Shown here piece after piece: positions 26,540 through 40,030 of a DNA stretch of 64,000 bases; within the stretch, counting starts at the first letter, position 1; each line of letters starts with the position of its first letter. The position numbers and the translations under genes are program-made. A model generated the notes under the pieces. The model saw only the letters and a list, made by a program, of their open reading frames with translations. It searched no databases and was not told where the DNA came from. The DNA is taken from assembly GCA_964016885.1 (NCBI GenBank), contig OZ024741.1, positions 387,376,001 through 387,440,000 of the forward strand. Direction: 5' to 3'. Source of the DNA: Eledone cirrhosa. Its lineage: Eukaryota.

Positions 26540-29500
26540 AAGAATGAGAAATAAGATAGATTGAGGGGACAGGCAGGTTGGAATTGGAAAAAATGTCTTT
26601 AGATAAAAATAACAAGTCCATTCATGTTGACATCTCTTGAGTTGTCCCACTTGAGGCAAGGTTGGTCGGGTGACCGTGTCTCGCTCATATAGGACTATCT
26701 GGCAGGCTTTCTATGGCTGGATGCCCTTCCTAACACCAACCACATTTACAGTGTGGAACTGGGAACTTTTTTACCGTGTTACCTACACGGCCACATTACA
26801 GCGTGGACTGTGTGTTTGTTTTTTTTGTGACACCTACACAATCTCAATCTCATTATCTCATTTATTTGGACTGGATGTTGTGGTACCAACTTTACAGAGA
26901 GAGAGTGGTGTTAGTGGGAGGATAGGGTAGGGGTAGTGGATTGGGGTGTATATTTGGTTAAGAGGTTCCTACTGACTGTAGGTTTCACTTTGTACATAGG
27001 CAAGGCGGGTCTTCTGTATGTATGTGTGTATACAGAGCTGTGAAGGGAAAAGTGGAGTGAGCATATATAGTCGGTCTGTATTAGTTGTAAGAGAAGATGT
27101 TAATGATCAAGAGAGAGCGATAGGAATCTAGGGGGTGAATGTACAAGCGCGTGTGATAATGGACGGGGTATTAAAGAAATTGGAGAGGTGAATTGAGTCC
27201 AGTGTGTGTTTTCGTAAACACATTTGATTCATCCAATTTGTGTGACCATTTAATCTGTGGGCTACATCACCCAACTACTAAATAGTTTGAAGTTAATTCA
27301 GCAACTACCATTGAATGGTATATTTTTCCCTTCTTGCTTGCTGTACTGTTAGTCAAATAGTTCTGTGATATATGTTTTGTCCAGATTAAAACTACTATGA
27401 AAATATTTGATACAAGCAATGAGAGAAAGCAACTATTTGAAAATGCTTTGTATATTATCATAGAGCTGAGTAGGCTGGTAAATTGGCAAAATTGTTAGAC
27501 CTTCAGAAAGAATGCGTTGTGATATTCCTTCCCATTCTTTATGTTCTGAGTTCAAATCCTGTCATGGTCTCCTCTGTCTTTTATCCTTCTGGTGTCGATA
27601 CTATGAAGTACCAGTCAAGTGCTGGGGGCAATGTGATCAACTATCTCTCCTCCTCCAATTTTCTAGCTTGTATTTGACTTACAATCATAATGTCATGGGT
27701 TTGATTCCTGCCCTGGGTTGTGTTCTTGAGGAAAACACTTAATTTCACAGTGTTCCAGTAAACTCAGCTGAAAAGGAGTATCAGCAATAACTGTGACAAA
27801 CTGGCATCCTGTCCTTAGAGGAGCCTTATACTCTGTCACTTAATGCTACAGAAACCAAAATAAGCATCGCCTGATGAACCTTCGACTGGAGACACTTTTG
27901 ATTTTTTTTTAGTGCCTAAGACAGAAACTATTAATTTACAAAGCTAATCTTTTCACTACTGTACCACAGCACATTTGTGTACTATGAGCTTCTGAGGCAT
28001 GTCAAAAACTTATAATATTTAGAAAACTAGAGTGTATTTAATTCAGTGCATGTGTATTTCTTCCGAGATGCAGATCCTTGGTCTGTCCAGGAGATCAGCA
28101 GCCTTGCCTCAGTATTGACTTGGTGTACATAAACTTGTTCAATCCTTGCTAGCAGGGAAAGCAGATGTTAAAACAACAAGGATGATGAGAAAGGGCAATG
28201 TATGCACTCATCTCTGTTTTAAAATAATTTTTATATTGTTCTTTTTTTATAATTAAATAAAACTTTTTAAAAAGCTGGTGTTGTGCTGTAAAACTATTAA
28301 TATAAAATGTTGGAAAAAATCCTGTTATAGAGTATCCATTGGTAGAATATCGATGTTGTCTTCTCTATTCACTTTACATTATTTATTAACCTACATCCAC
28401 AAGTATTCAATAGTTTCTGTATAGCAATCATCACAACTTCTGATCAGTTGATATCAGTAAAACATTTGACTCTCTTTTCTTTTATCTTATCATACTTTAA
28501 ACTTTTTGATACCAAACCTCCTGAAACTGCTCCTCCTGCTTTTATGAAACAAGCTTTTCATAATAATTTTATATATTAACCTTTGTAATGTTCCAAACAT
28601 CAGATTAGTTATGAGAAAGTTAGTCATATTATTTTCAAATTGATTTGAAAAGCATATCCAGTAACTTAATTAATTGAAGTCACTGGAATTATGTGCAAGA
28701 ATTGCAGGAGCGGGTGCAGTAATGCACCCGCTTCAACATTCAGTGACGGTTGTGGTGGAGACAGTTGCTTCTGATAGGACCCACTTGATGAGGTGTTTGA
28801 GGAATCTGCACCATGACTCTCTTAGGAATATGTGGGTGAAGAAGATATCCAGTGACTTTCATTTGAAATGTAGTAATGAAAGGATTAAACTCACACAAAA
28901 AGATCATCTGGTTGCCAGCTTTATCTGTCAACAGTAATCTTCTACCTTAGTTTCCTAAATGAAAACCCTTAGTGAGGAGCCCTATATGCTGAACAGTATT
29001 ACAGTGCAAGTAGAACATTTTACATTAAACAATTGGCTTATGTTTTGCTATATAAAAAATTAAGGAAGGGAGGGGGGGGGGTAGATGACAAAGTGTTAAG
29101 TATTTTTCTTTACTGTTTAGTCAAGGAGGAAATACCCATGATACAATTCAGGTTCTTCAAGACTAGTAGGAAGAAAGAAGGGAAGCAGAAAGGAATCCTG
29201 AAACTAGAGACTTGGTCTAAGTGCTTGCAACAAAACGGACTCTGCTGAAGGCACCCAAGGGTGCAAAGGTGATAAGATAGACTGTACAGGATAAAAGGGA
29301 TTTATTAACACCTCTTTCAGAATCTCATTGTTGGGTATGATGTACTCAGTGGTAAGATTCTAGATGAGGTTGATCAGTTCAAGTATCTTGGTCTTACCTA
29401 TACTTCCTCAGACTAGAGTAAAGATGAGTGAAATGTTTGCATCAACTATGCATGTGGTGCATTTTGTTATCTTTCAAGGTGGCTTTGGTTCTAGTTTGGG

Positions 29501-30861
29501 GATCAATATAGCCATAAAAAGGTGCATTCCTTGAACACTCCTTAACATCATAGTGCTGTGAGACATGGCAGAATTATTTGACCATTTTTGTCTTGGCTGA
29601 AACCTCTGTAATCATACTTTGGACTTTGTGTCAAACTCTGAAGTTTGTCATTGTTATTGGAGTGATTCTTGTCAACAACTCTTGCTTATAAGGTGCCCAA
29701 GATAACAACTACAATTGCACAAAGATATTTACAATTTGTAGGACATTGCTGGAGAAGTAGACAGGAAGTTATACACAAGCTATTATTGTTGGAACTAACT
29801 CATGGGAGACACAGTACAGGAAGATCTGCTGAACCCTCAACAATCAACTCTCAGACGACACAAACCTCAGTAGGGTATTGACAGGAGCAATGGAAAATCA
29901 CGAATTGTAGAGAGACTTAGTTAGGAATGTTTGACATGATAAGGTGCCACTTTTATTCACTCTGTCTTCCACAAAGCAAACTTCTGCGTGATGCAGTTGT
30001 ACCAGAGCCCTTCATGGAGTGGCATAAATGGTGAGGTGGAGGACATGTGAAAACATGGATTAGTGTGATCAAGTCACATCTTGCATTAATATCTGGTTCT
30101 TCAATGAATGATATCTGCTGTTGCAACTGTTTTGGCCATTGTCACATCAGACATTTGTGATTAGCAATCATAGTTGGTTTCTATTTATGAAGTTCTGCTT
30201 TCATTGGCTGGAGCTGGGTGAACCTCCCACTTAAGCAACTAAAACATAGAATTATAAATGATAAATTTCTGGTGAGGCAACAACACCAAGAATTTATAAC
30301 TCTACTGTTTATTTGTTATGTTAGAACCGGGTTCAGGAACCATTTTGATCTGAAGAGCAATTTTTAGCTTAAAAAAGTATACATATTTAAAACTATTGGT
30401 AGACCAAGGAAGACCTGGGCAGAAGTAGTGAGAGCTGATCTCAAATCGCTGAGACTCACAAAAGAGATGACAAAGGAACGCAGTGAATAGAGAGACACTA
30501 TGTTGAAAAGGACCTGTTCAACCCATGCGAGCATGGAAAATTGAACGTAAAAATGATGATGATGATTGGAAACTCATAATTTATTATAAATAAAATTACA
30601 AGAAAATATCAATTTGGCTAACTTTTTCTTTACTCAGAGCAATTTCAGATGAGAATCAAAGCCAAAAATTGAATTGATGCCTGGGTAATAATAATAAATA
30701 TATAAATAAAAACTTCCAAGTGCCTAAGAATCGCTCAAGGATCATGTGCTAGAGAATGGTATCCGTACAGAATTTGTTATTTTGCATAGTTTGCATAAGT
30801 AAAAATGAATAATGATTATTAGTAACCGAAACTTACAGTAAGCTAAGTGAAACAAGGTTAA

Positions 30862-31249
30862 CCCTTTTGATACTTGCCTGCCTGAAACCACCTTTAGATT
30901 TGTAATACTAAATCTCTAATTGTTCCTATTTAAATTCAAACATTCCCTCAAAGTTTAAAGAAATTTTTCTTAAGATATGTTCTCAACCAGTCATTAGCAA
31001 ATTGCGACTTGTTTGATATTCTGAATGGCACGCCTAATGAAAAATTACCTTCAATATTCATAGTAGTGCAGCTTGCCTTATGATGAGACATATCTTGTGT
31101 GGCCTACTGTTTGTAAAAGGTTACCCGTGCCTGTTCTAAACGCTAGTTTAATAATAAAAATGTCAATTATTTTACCAAATCCTTTCAAATTCTTTCTGAT
31201 TTGTAACACATACGTAATGTGTTTCATTTGAAACATGGTAATGAAAGGG
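30862..31249. mobile_element. piggyBac-like MITE (degenerate TIRs)
   Basis: TTAA|CCCTTT ... AAAGGG|TTAA. Similar remnants lie near 1235-1665 and 41800. Confidence 0.6.
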
Positions 31250-31577
31250 TTAAGTAAGGACTATGAATGGATAGGTGTGTAGCTGATTGGTTAGAGAATT
31301 GAATTTGTTATAATGTGGTTGTGAGTTTGATTCCTGGACTAGGTGATGCATTATGATTTTGAGCAAGACACTTTATTTCATGTTGCTCTTTTTGCCAGGG
31401 GTGGTGACTTGCAGATAGTATAAGCAATGGAAGGACCAATAGAAACATTGTTTCCTAGGTCCAATTTGACATGGTCCACCCCACTTGGTAAGCAAATAAG
31501 ATCTAAGATCTTGTCAATAGATTTTTTAAAAAAATCAATAGAAGAAACAAACTCATTTATTGTTTGTATTTTTTTAG

Positions 31578-31706
31578 ACTGCTCCTGAGGCAAAGGAAAT
31601 TTACCTTCTAATGAAGAAAGAGTACAGGATATCCCGAAATATTCGAGCAACATGGTATTTCAACCATTTAAATACCATAATGACATTTGTACCACCTGTA
31701 AGCCTT
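31578..31706 (+). CDS. SZT2: SZT2 coding exon 2
   Basis: ttttttag|TAPEAKEIYLLMKKEYRISRNIRATWYFNHLNTIMTFVPP(VSL)|gtaagt. Matches human [29 protein letters not shown]. An alternative in-frame donor follows 31697. Confidence 0.93.
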
Positions 31707-31747
31707 GTAAGTATATACAAATACTTATATTAGATTGTGAAGCTTTG

Positions 31748-31795
<48 letters not shown>

Positions 31796-32234
31796 CACCT
31801 ATATTAAATTGTGAAACCTTGTAGATATAGAAATACATTGAATTGTGAAGCATACTTTTGATACTAACTGGCTTGAACGGTTTATTGTCAAAAAGAGATA
31901 AATGTAGTGTAGCTCTTGAAAAGTTTGAAGAAAAAAATGTTAATATATGCAAAGCTGTTGTCAGAGATTCACACAAAATTCTACTTGAATGAATTAACCA
32001 ATGGTAAATTCTTCACTATCAATAAATGTCTGTGTAGCATGAATGTTGACATGTCTTCTCTGTCAAATCTATAACAAAGTGATTGATCTTCTGTTGGTTT
32101 CAGTCTGTTCATCAACTGGACATCTCACTCTTGAGTTAATATGTATTTGGTTGAGTATTCCACAGATATAATTACCCTTAGCTTAATTCTCTGACAGAAT
32201 CTGTGTGACACGGTGACAAGGTTAGTCTGCTGAA

Positions 32235-32892
32235 TTACACATGCAACGAAGCCTGACTGCTCCGATGGATGTGTAATAGTTATATACGCAAGAACGGCAA
32301 AGCATAAATGAATTGAGAGAGAGACTGAGCATAAGAGAAATCAAATGCTGTGTGCAGGAGAGACGGTTGCGTTGGTATGGACATGTGATGCGTATGAAGG
32401 ATGACAGCTGCATAAAAAGGTGAAGTCGATGGAAACCGCGGAGTAGGGAGACCCAAGAAGACCTGGGATGAGGTGATAAAAACCGACCTTACTTGATTAC
32501 ACCTCTCAAAGGCGATGACACACGACTGTGACTTCTGGCGTCACACAGTAATACAGATGACCTGACTCCCCACGAGTACAAGCCGAAGCTGAAGCTTGTA
32601 GACAATATGCCCCCACAGCCTCCCATGGCAAAGTGGTTGTGGAGGTGCCACGGCAAAAAAGCACCCAGCCCACACTGTAAAGTGGACGTGTAGGCGCCAC
32701 GGAAAAAAAGCACCCAGCACTCACTGTAAATGAGGTTGGTGTTAGGAAGGGCATCCAACTGTAGAAATCAAGCCAGAATCAGTTCCCGTATGAGCAAGAC
32801 AAGGTAAGCCAACCGGACACTGCCCACAACAAGACAACCCGTCTAACCCATGCTAGCGTGGAAGAACGGACATAAAATGGTGATGATGATGA
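32235..32892 (+). mobile_element. 5'-truncated RTE 3' end
   Basis: Similar to 50500-51155; (GAT)n tail. Confidence 0.88.
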
Positions 32893-33577
32893 ATCTGTTT
32901 GATGGGCTTCCACACAGTTTCCATCTACCCAATTTCACTCACAAGGCTTGGATTGACCTGAGGCTATGGTAAAAACACTTGTTCAAGATGCCACACAGAG
33001 ATATCAAACCCCAGACCTCATGATTGTGTCAATAACATAGTAACCAGTATTAGATGTATGACTTTCTTAAAAAAATGGAAATGTCTGAAATTTCTAATCT
33101 GTTTCAGTATTTGATAATAAAAAAAATATGGCTTCTGTTATAACAGAACAGTTTCATGTTATAATAGGACAGTGGATTGGCATGCTTCATGTCATATAGT
33201 TAGATCTCTTTACATACTGATTTCAAATCCTGCTGAGGTTAGCTTTGCTTTTCATCCTTACGGGGTTGATAAAATAAAGTACCAGTAACACACTGGGGTC
33301 GATTTAATCAACTTTCCTCTTCCCTAAAATTGTTGGCCTTGTGTCTCAATCAGAAACTGTTATTTTAATAGAACAATCTCATGTATTTAAACAGAAATGG
33401 TTTCTGTTATTAGAACATAACAGTTTCATGTAGTTAAACGGAAATAGTTTCTGTTATTAGAACATAACAGTTTCATGTATTTAAATAAACATTCTAAGGT
33501 TTCAATTTTATATTCTGCCATATTTGTTTTCTTTGTTTAGAAATTGTCTTTTGAATATTTTCTTCTTTTACTTCAAG

Positions 33578-33757
33578 TCTGATTTATCATCAGAAGAACT
33601 GATAGTGTTGTCTGTGATCCCAGAGAAAAGCTATGTCACCTTCCAGCCAGGCAAAGAACATTCTTTCAAGCTCACCACACGCACCAAAGTGATATTCATG
33701 TCCACACAGTATAGAATTGCATTCGCCCTGGATCTAAGCCCGTCTGTGTCCTCTTTG
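33578..33757 (+). CDS. SZT2: SZT2 coding exon 3
   Basis: cttcaag|SDLSSEELIVLSVIPEK...TKVIFMSTQYRIAFALDLSPSVSSL|gtaatt, 180 nt. Compare human ELEVLSVLP...[21 protein letters not shown]. Confidence 0.93.
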
Positions 33758-34330
33758 GTAATTTTTTTCTTCATTCCTTTTTTCCCTTCAATTTTTTGTT
33801 CCCTTTAATAGTGTGTTTTGTTTTTATTAGATACAGCTTAATTATTTTTATATAATGTCAATGGTTTTTCATGACATTGTGAGATTTTGTACATTGACTA
33901 TGTTTGTTTTTCATTTCAATTATTTTATACTGTAAAGTTAAGGTTGTACCACAAAACACCCAGCCCGCACTGTAAAGTGGCCATGTAATTATCACAACAA
34001 AAAGCATCCAGTCCACACTGTAAAGTGGTCGTGTAGGAGACACGACAAAAGGCATCCAGCACACACTGTAAATGTGGTTGATGTTAGGAAAGGCATCCAG
34101 CCATAGAAAACCAGCCAGAAACAGTCCTATACAAGCGAGACAGTCACCCTGCCCAACTTGCCTGAAATGGGACAAATCCGTCTAACTCGTGCTAGTGTCG
34201 AAGGTAGACGTTAAATGATGATGATGATGATGATATATAGTAAAGTTATATATTTTTCTATATGTTTGAGAATTTGCAGTTATGTAAAAATCAGTAAATC
34301 AATTATAAAAATATTAAATATAGTTTTTAT

Positions 34331-34758
34331 TCTCAGAAAAATGGGAAAACTCAGCGTATGGAAGCTGTTAGAACAGCAAAATACTGTTGAAGCGGTGTTG
34401 GGTAAAATATTACCTCAAAGGACAGAAATCAGCGGCTCGATGTGAGTTGACTTGAAGGAAGAGAAGATAGGAAGGAGGAAAAAGAATTAATTCGTCGAAA
34501 CTGCAGGAGGTTGAGATCTGAAGAGCATATTTTAATGTTTGTGACCTGTTCGCATTCATCCATTCTTTTTCCTCCTTCCTATCTTCTCTTCCTTTGAGTC
34601 AACTCACATCGAGCCACTGATCTCTGTTCTTTGAGGTAATATTTTACCCTTCGATGGTATTTTTTTGTTCTGACAGCTTCCATATGCTGAGTTTTCTCAT
34701 TTTCCTGAGAATCTTAATACACTTGCATCTCAAAACTCTATTTTCGAGTTAATTTGTT
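34331..34758. mobile_element. fold-back insertion with ~155-bp inverted arms
   Basis: 34329-34487 pairs with 34562-34712. The 12-bp direct repeat TATAGTTTTTAT flanks it at 34319-34330 and 34759-34770. Confidence 0.7.
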
Positions 34759-35324
34759 TATAGTTTTTATATTTTAGAATCAGTATTTAGTTAAATTATT
34801 GTTTTGAAAGATCCAGTTAACCAGCAAGGCTGAGTTTTGAAAATTTATTGACATTACCAGGCATGGCTAAAAATAACACTAGAATATTTACAAATATATA
34901 AAAATGAAAATTATAAATGCCATTTGAATAATGATAAGATACATGTTGGTTTATGTAAAAGAAATTCAGCAAAATCCCTTGAACTAGTTATTAGGTATTT
35001 AATTTAATTCAGGTTGTTAATTCCCATAGGTAACCCTTTTTTTCTAATTATAAAAAAAATATCTTAGGCTTCATGTACACCTATAGAAAGTAATAAGCAT
35101 AACTACCCTCTCACATACCTGTTCTGAGACACTGACTGGTATAGTAAGCCACATCCAGAAATAGATATACTTTTAAGAAACATAGAGATATGCATCATTA
35201 CAAATTAATTGATGTGGTGCTTTGAAAGATAAGGTCAGTAAGATAGTTGAAATGCTAGAGAACCCTGTAAAGATTGCTCTCAGAATTGAACAAATTAATA
35301 GCATGTTTTTTTTATTTATTATAG

Positions 35325-35402
35325 GATTTATGTTCAGGTCGCGTACTGTGGGATGATGTTTACACTTCTCTGAAGAACTGTCTTTGTGGCTTAGTACAGC
35401 CA
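35325..35402 (+). CDS. SZT2: SZT2 coding exon 4
   Basis: ttatag|DLCSGRVLWDDVYTSLKNCLCGLVQP|gtgagt, 78 nt. Compare human [26 protein letters not shown]. Confidence 0.9.
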
Positions 35403-36923
35403 GTGAGTAAATTTCAACACTTGTTTTCTTAAAACCATTGTGTGTGTGTATATAGTGGCAAATTGACAGATACATTAGAATATTGAATTAAATGTACATC
35501 AGAATGTGCAATATGGTCCTCAACTAGATCTAAAAATGTCTAAAGTCTATCTCGAGCCTGGAGGCTCATCAGCCCGCTACTTATCCTGGTTTCCATGGCA
35601 TTAAGCAACTGAGATTGCACGATTCCCCCTTGGACAGGACACCTGTCTATCACAGGGTTAAATCCCCCAGCTACTGCTGGTACTCATTTTCAGCTGAGGA
35701 TACTGAAACAAAGTGAAATGAAGTTGTTTTGCTCAAGAAAACAACACACAACCCAGTCCAGCAATCAAACCCATGACATTATAATCATAAGTCCATTACA
35801 CTTACCATTAGGCCATGTGCCTTCACTCTCAACTAGATGGAAGTATAACATATTCAGAGATATTGATCTGAGGACTACACCGTAGTCATTAGGCAGACTA
35901 CATGCATATCAGAGATCTATTTGATTTTAGCTTACCTGGGACTACACAACAAGAGCTTATAACTAGTGCTATAAAATTTTTTATTGTAATAAAACTGATG
36001 TATGCTACACATTAGTTTTCAGCTATTATATAAATCCTGGTTCTCTCCTGATGTATCTTTTTCCTGTATCAATCTCACAAGTCTGGATGGAAGGGCCTGC
36101 AAAGTTCATGGTCACTACCTTTTGTTAACTAACTCATAAAAACACGACTGGAATACTCAACCTTTGATGGAATGACATGGGTATTGTCATGATAAAACAG
36201 CATGTCTTTGGTGTATAATCCTAGTGAAGTTCATCCCTCTCTATGTGTGACCACATCTGATTTCTTTCAAGCAGAAAGAGAGAGAGAAATGAAGGATCAA
36301 TCTAGTACTGGTCCAGTACTAGGATTGATCAATCACAAAGAGGCAAAAAGCAAAGCTGACCATGGTAGGATTTGAATTCAGAGTACAAAGTACCTGAGTG
36401 AATACCACAAGGCATTCTAATTGATGTTCTAACAACTCTACTAATTCCTTGCTTTATTACAAAGAAGTTAATAATTCATAAGTTGCATGAATCAGTTGAT
36501 TTTCTTAATTTGTATTGATTTATAAGTACAAATAATCTTGTAATTATTATTGCTGTGGCAATGGAGGCTTCCGGCATTCTTGGCCTCCTGGGTTACATTC
36601 CTGCTCAGTGTTATTAAGGCAGAGTTGGCTACCTGCAAAGGGGGGTAGCTGTTCCGGCATGTCTCCCTCACTGTTCTCCGTGGCAATGTCTTCTCCATCC
36701 TGTCAGCTGAGACCATGAGGTCGACTGTTCCTTTAGTTCCATCATAAGGTGGTGGGTTTTGTTCCTGAACCCGAGGGCACAGTGTGTGACCTAAGATTTA
36801 ACTGAAGTAACCTCTCTGGAATGTGTTGTCATCTTATCTTATTGTTGTTTAGTATTTTTTTGCCACACAACTCTATAGATCATATATGGTTTAAAAGTTA
36901 AGATATCTTATTTCCTCTTACAG

Positions 36924-37016
36924 TTTTGTTCGCCTGGTAGTGACCTAGCTTTGACGCCTTCTCTTTATGTGACAGTTGTTGCTTATACACCACTAATTGC
37001 ATGTCGCAATAATTTC
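36924..37016 (+). CDS. SZT2: SZT2 coding exon 5
   Basis: cttacag|FCSPGSDLALTPSLYVTVVAYTPLIACRNNF|gtaagt, 93 nt. Compare human [25 protein letters not shown]. Confidence 0.9.
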
Positions 37017-37251
37017 GTAAGTATTCATATATTTTTAAAACATACTTTTAACATTATGATTTTTCTTAAACCTTTTTATTGCCATATTCTAATGAAAGAG
37101 CAGTGCCTATGATTTTCAGATCATTTAAAAAATAATCAAGAATTTGAAAGGATTTAATAATATATAACTTTCTTATTTTCAAGCTCCTGCTTGGAGCTTA
37201 ACAAAGGTTCTTACATAAAATTATGATGGAAGGTTTTAGATAAATATAAAT

Positions 37252-37743
37252 AAAAAAGGTGCAGAGCACTAGAAGTCGTTGGAAGCCGTGGAGTGAGGAC
37301 ACCCAAGAAAACCTGGGATGAGGTGATAAAAGCTGACCATACCCAATTGCACCTCTCAAAGGTGATGACACAGGACCATGACCTCTGGCGTCGTGCAGTA
37401 ATACAGAAGAACCGACTTCCCATGGGTAAAAGCTGAAGCTGAAGCATATAGACAATATGCCCCCACCCCCTCTCACTGCAAAGTAGTCATGCAGGTGCCA
37501 CGGTAATAAAGAACCCAGCCCACACTGTAAAGTGGCCGTGTAAGCGCCACAGAAAAAAAACACCCAGCACTCACTGTAAATGAGGTTGGTGTTAGGAAGG
37601 GCATCCAGCTGTAGAAATCAAGCCAAAATCAGTTCCCGTATGAGCAAGACAAGGTCAGCTGACCAGACACTGCCCACAACAGGACAACCCATCCAATCCA
37701 TGCTAGCGTGGAAGAATGGACGTAAAACGGTGATGATGATGAT
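37252..37743 (+). mobile_element. 5'-truncated RTE 3' end
   Basis: Similar to 50670-51155; (GAT)n tail. Further RTE 3' UTR pieces lie at about 4070-4500(-), 7990-8228, 8505-8675, 13960-14160, 26640-27020(-), 33925-34232 and 43715-43920(-). Confidence 0.88.
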
Positions 37744-38620
37744 AAACACTTTAAAACAAACAGCATCAGTGTCAGTTTCAGGTGGTTTGGTATCAAAAGA
37801 TTTAGTGGAATAAAGTCATGAGATGGGAAATATACTGTATGTACTCATAGATAGTTTATAGATATTTACTTTAAAAATAGGTGCCAAAAATTAGAATCTT
37901 GCTTTGGGCTTGAAATTTGCAGCATGTTCTAACATACACATGTGTGTGCTTGTACACACATACCACACACACTAGTAAATAATTAAGAATATAGGACAGG
38001 TTCATCATCTCACTACTCAGTCTATAAGTGCAAGCTATGTTTGTTAGTCATATCATCAGGCAAATTTGCAATTAATGGCTGAATGTGGTGTAACAAAAAG
38101 TTTCATGGTAAAGTATGAAAGAATATGAGAAACAATATGAAATAACTCTGTATCAAAAGAATTTCTTCGTTAGGAAATAGCTGGAAAAATAAAAACAAAT
38201 AAAGACATGTACAAAAAGCTGGTTGACATACCAGGTAGAAATTAAGTAAGAGTTACATTGAATGTAATTGGGATGAAAAGTGACAAAGTAAAGAATAAGC
38301 TGAAGAAAGCATATTAATTTCATGTGCAGGCTGTTATGTTGATTGAACAACTGGATCACTCATCATCAAATAATCATCCATTATATGCATATATGTCATA
38401 TAGCTATGGCCCTTGATGTTCTGCGTTCCAATTTCGCCGAGGTTAACTTTGCCTTTCATCCTTACGGGGTCATTAGAATAAATCACTAGCAACTGGGGTT
38501 GATTTAATCGACTTTCCCCTCCTCCAAAATTGTTGGCCTAGTGCCAAAATTAGAAACTATTATATGTATTTTTTCTTTTTTATTCACAATAAATTTCAAC
38601 TATTCCTATCATAATTTTAG

Positions 38621-38755
38621 GTACTGTGTCAAGGAGTATTAGTTACAAGGAAAAATCTAAAAACCATTCTTGGTGAATTACATCGAATGCTCAAAGAATT
38701 TGAGAATGCTGTTTCTAAACATTTTGCTTCTTTAGTAAATCTTCAAATGAATTCT
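38621..38755 (+). CDS. SZT2: SZT2 coding exon 6
   Basis: ttttag|VLCQGVLVTRKNLKTILGELHRMLKEFENAVSKHFASLVNLQMNS|gtaagt, 135 nt. Compare human VLVQGCLL...LCLFEDKV. Confidence 0.9.
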
Positions 38756-39242
38756 GTAAGTAACAGCTGTTTATAAAACATTTTTACTTTTATCTTTGTT
38801 TAATGTTATTATTCCTCTATATCTCTTTCTCACTTACACTCACTTTCTTTTGTTTTCTGGAAGAAATTTGCTGTGTTCAGACCTGGAGAGGGATGGGCTC
38901 CACCAGGTTTAAAAGTGCCCCCATGTCACTATGGTGCTGCTACAACTCAATCAGGAGTTACATGACCATACCATACCAAACCATGACTTTATTTAGGTGG
39001 CAGATTATCAGAACGTGTCCACATTCATATCAAGAAATAAATTGTTAAATATATAGAGACATGTATTAGTTATAGTTGCAGGTATGGTTGTGTGGTTAAA
39101 AAGTTCACTTTGCAGTCATGTGGTTTTAGGTTTAATTGTATTGCATAGAACCTTAGTCAAATGTCTTTTACTGTAGATGCTCTGACATTTTTTATATATT
39201 AATTACTGCAATTGATTTTATATTTGTTCTTTTAATTTATAG

Positions 39243-39423
39243 CATGATCTTGGTGAAGTTACTTGTACGAGTGACGTATCCTCTGTCGACACAAGAAGCC
39301 GCAGATCCAAAATAGATGAGCAGAAAGTTGAAGAACTTATATCCAAACCTGAACATGGTTTTGTTAATGTTCTCAGGTTTGGTATTTTGGCTCTACAGCT
39401 GTTACCAGAAAATGCATCTGCAG
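39243..39423 (+). CDS. SZT2: SZT2 coding exon 7
   Basis: tttatag|HDLGEVTCTS...[24 protein letters not shown](G)|gtattg, 181 nt. Compare human [23 protein letters not shown]. Confidence 0.93.
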
Positions 39424-39484
39424 GTATTGGGGCAGTTCTATATTTTCTTTTGTTTTGTTTATTATTATATTATTATTATTATAA

Positions 39485-39695
39485 GGGCAGTGGATTGGCA
39501 GTAGAGAGTCAGACAACATGCTTTGCAGCATAGAGTTACAGCCCTTTATGATCTGAGTTCAAATGCCGCCGAGGTTAACTTTGCCTTTCATCCTTACGGG
39601 GTCGATAAAATAAAGTACCAGTCATGCACTGGGGTTGATTTAATCGACTTTCCCCTCCTCCAAAATTGTTGGCCTTGTTCCTAAATAAAAAAACC
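39485..39695 (+). mobile_element. tRNA-derived SINE, second family (Meta-domain-like centre)
   Basis: B box GAGTTCAAATG then gccgaggttaactttgcctttcatccttacggggtcgataaaataaagtaccag. Other copies at about 1040-1150(-), 2580-2680(-), 9545-9725(-), 11480-11600(-), 27470-27670, 33170-33360, 36290-36450(-) and 38420-38560. The domain name is from recall. Confidence 0.8.
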
Positions 39696-39711
39696 ATTAT
39701 TACTATTATTT

Positions 39712-40030
39712 AACTATCATGACCAGCTTTGATATTGCTTTGTTGTTGATTATTTTATGGAATACCAGGATACAACGAGTAACCTAGGTTAGCTTCATAT
39801 CATTTCATATCATTCCTTGTCATTTCACTACTGTTGGTAGTTCAGAACCTTCCTCAATATTCAGATAGTTCCCAGTAGGCATGTCTTCTGGAGCAGTTCA
39901 ATCCCTGGTGCAAAGTCTATTTTCAACAGGTAGTTTTCAAGGTTCTTTGTCACCATGCCAAGAACACCAATTATCACTGGGACAATGGTGATTGTCTTCA
40001 CTCCATTACTCCAGCATTTCAAGATCTCAA
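39712..40030 (-). mobile_element. R4/Dong-clade non-LTR 3' fragment
   Basis: - strand ...TITIVPVIIGVLGMVTKNLENYL...IELLQKTCLLGTI*ILRKVL, typical of the R4/Dong C-terminus. It ends beside a TAA-like repeat. Confidence 0.65.

Noticed and set aside
36040-36260. Mariner transposase remnant (FYHDNTHV on the - strand)
   Set aside because: It is a single degenerate motif with no TIRs identified, too weak to call.
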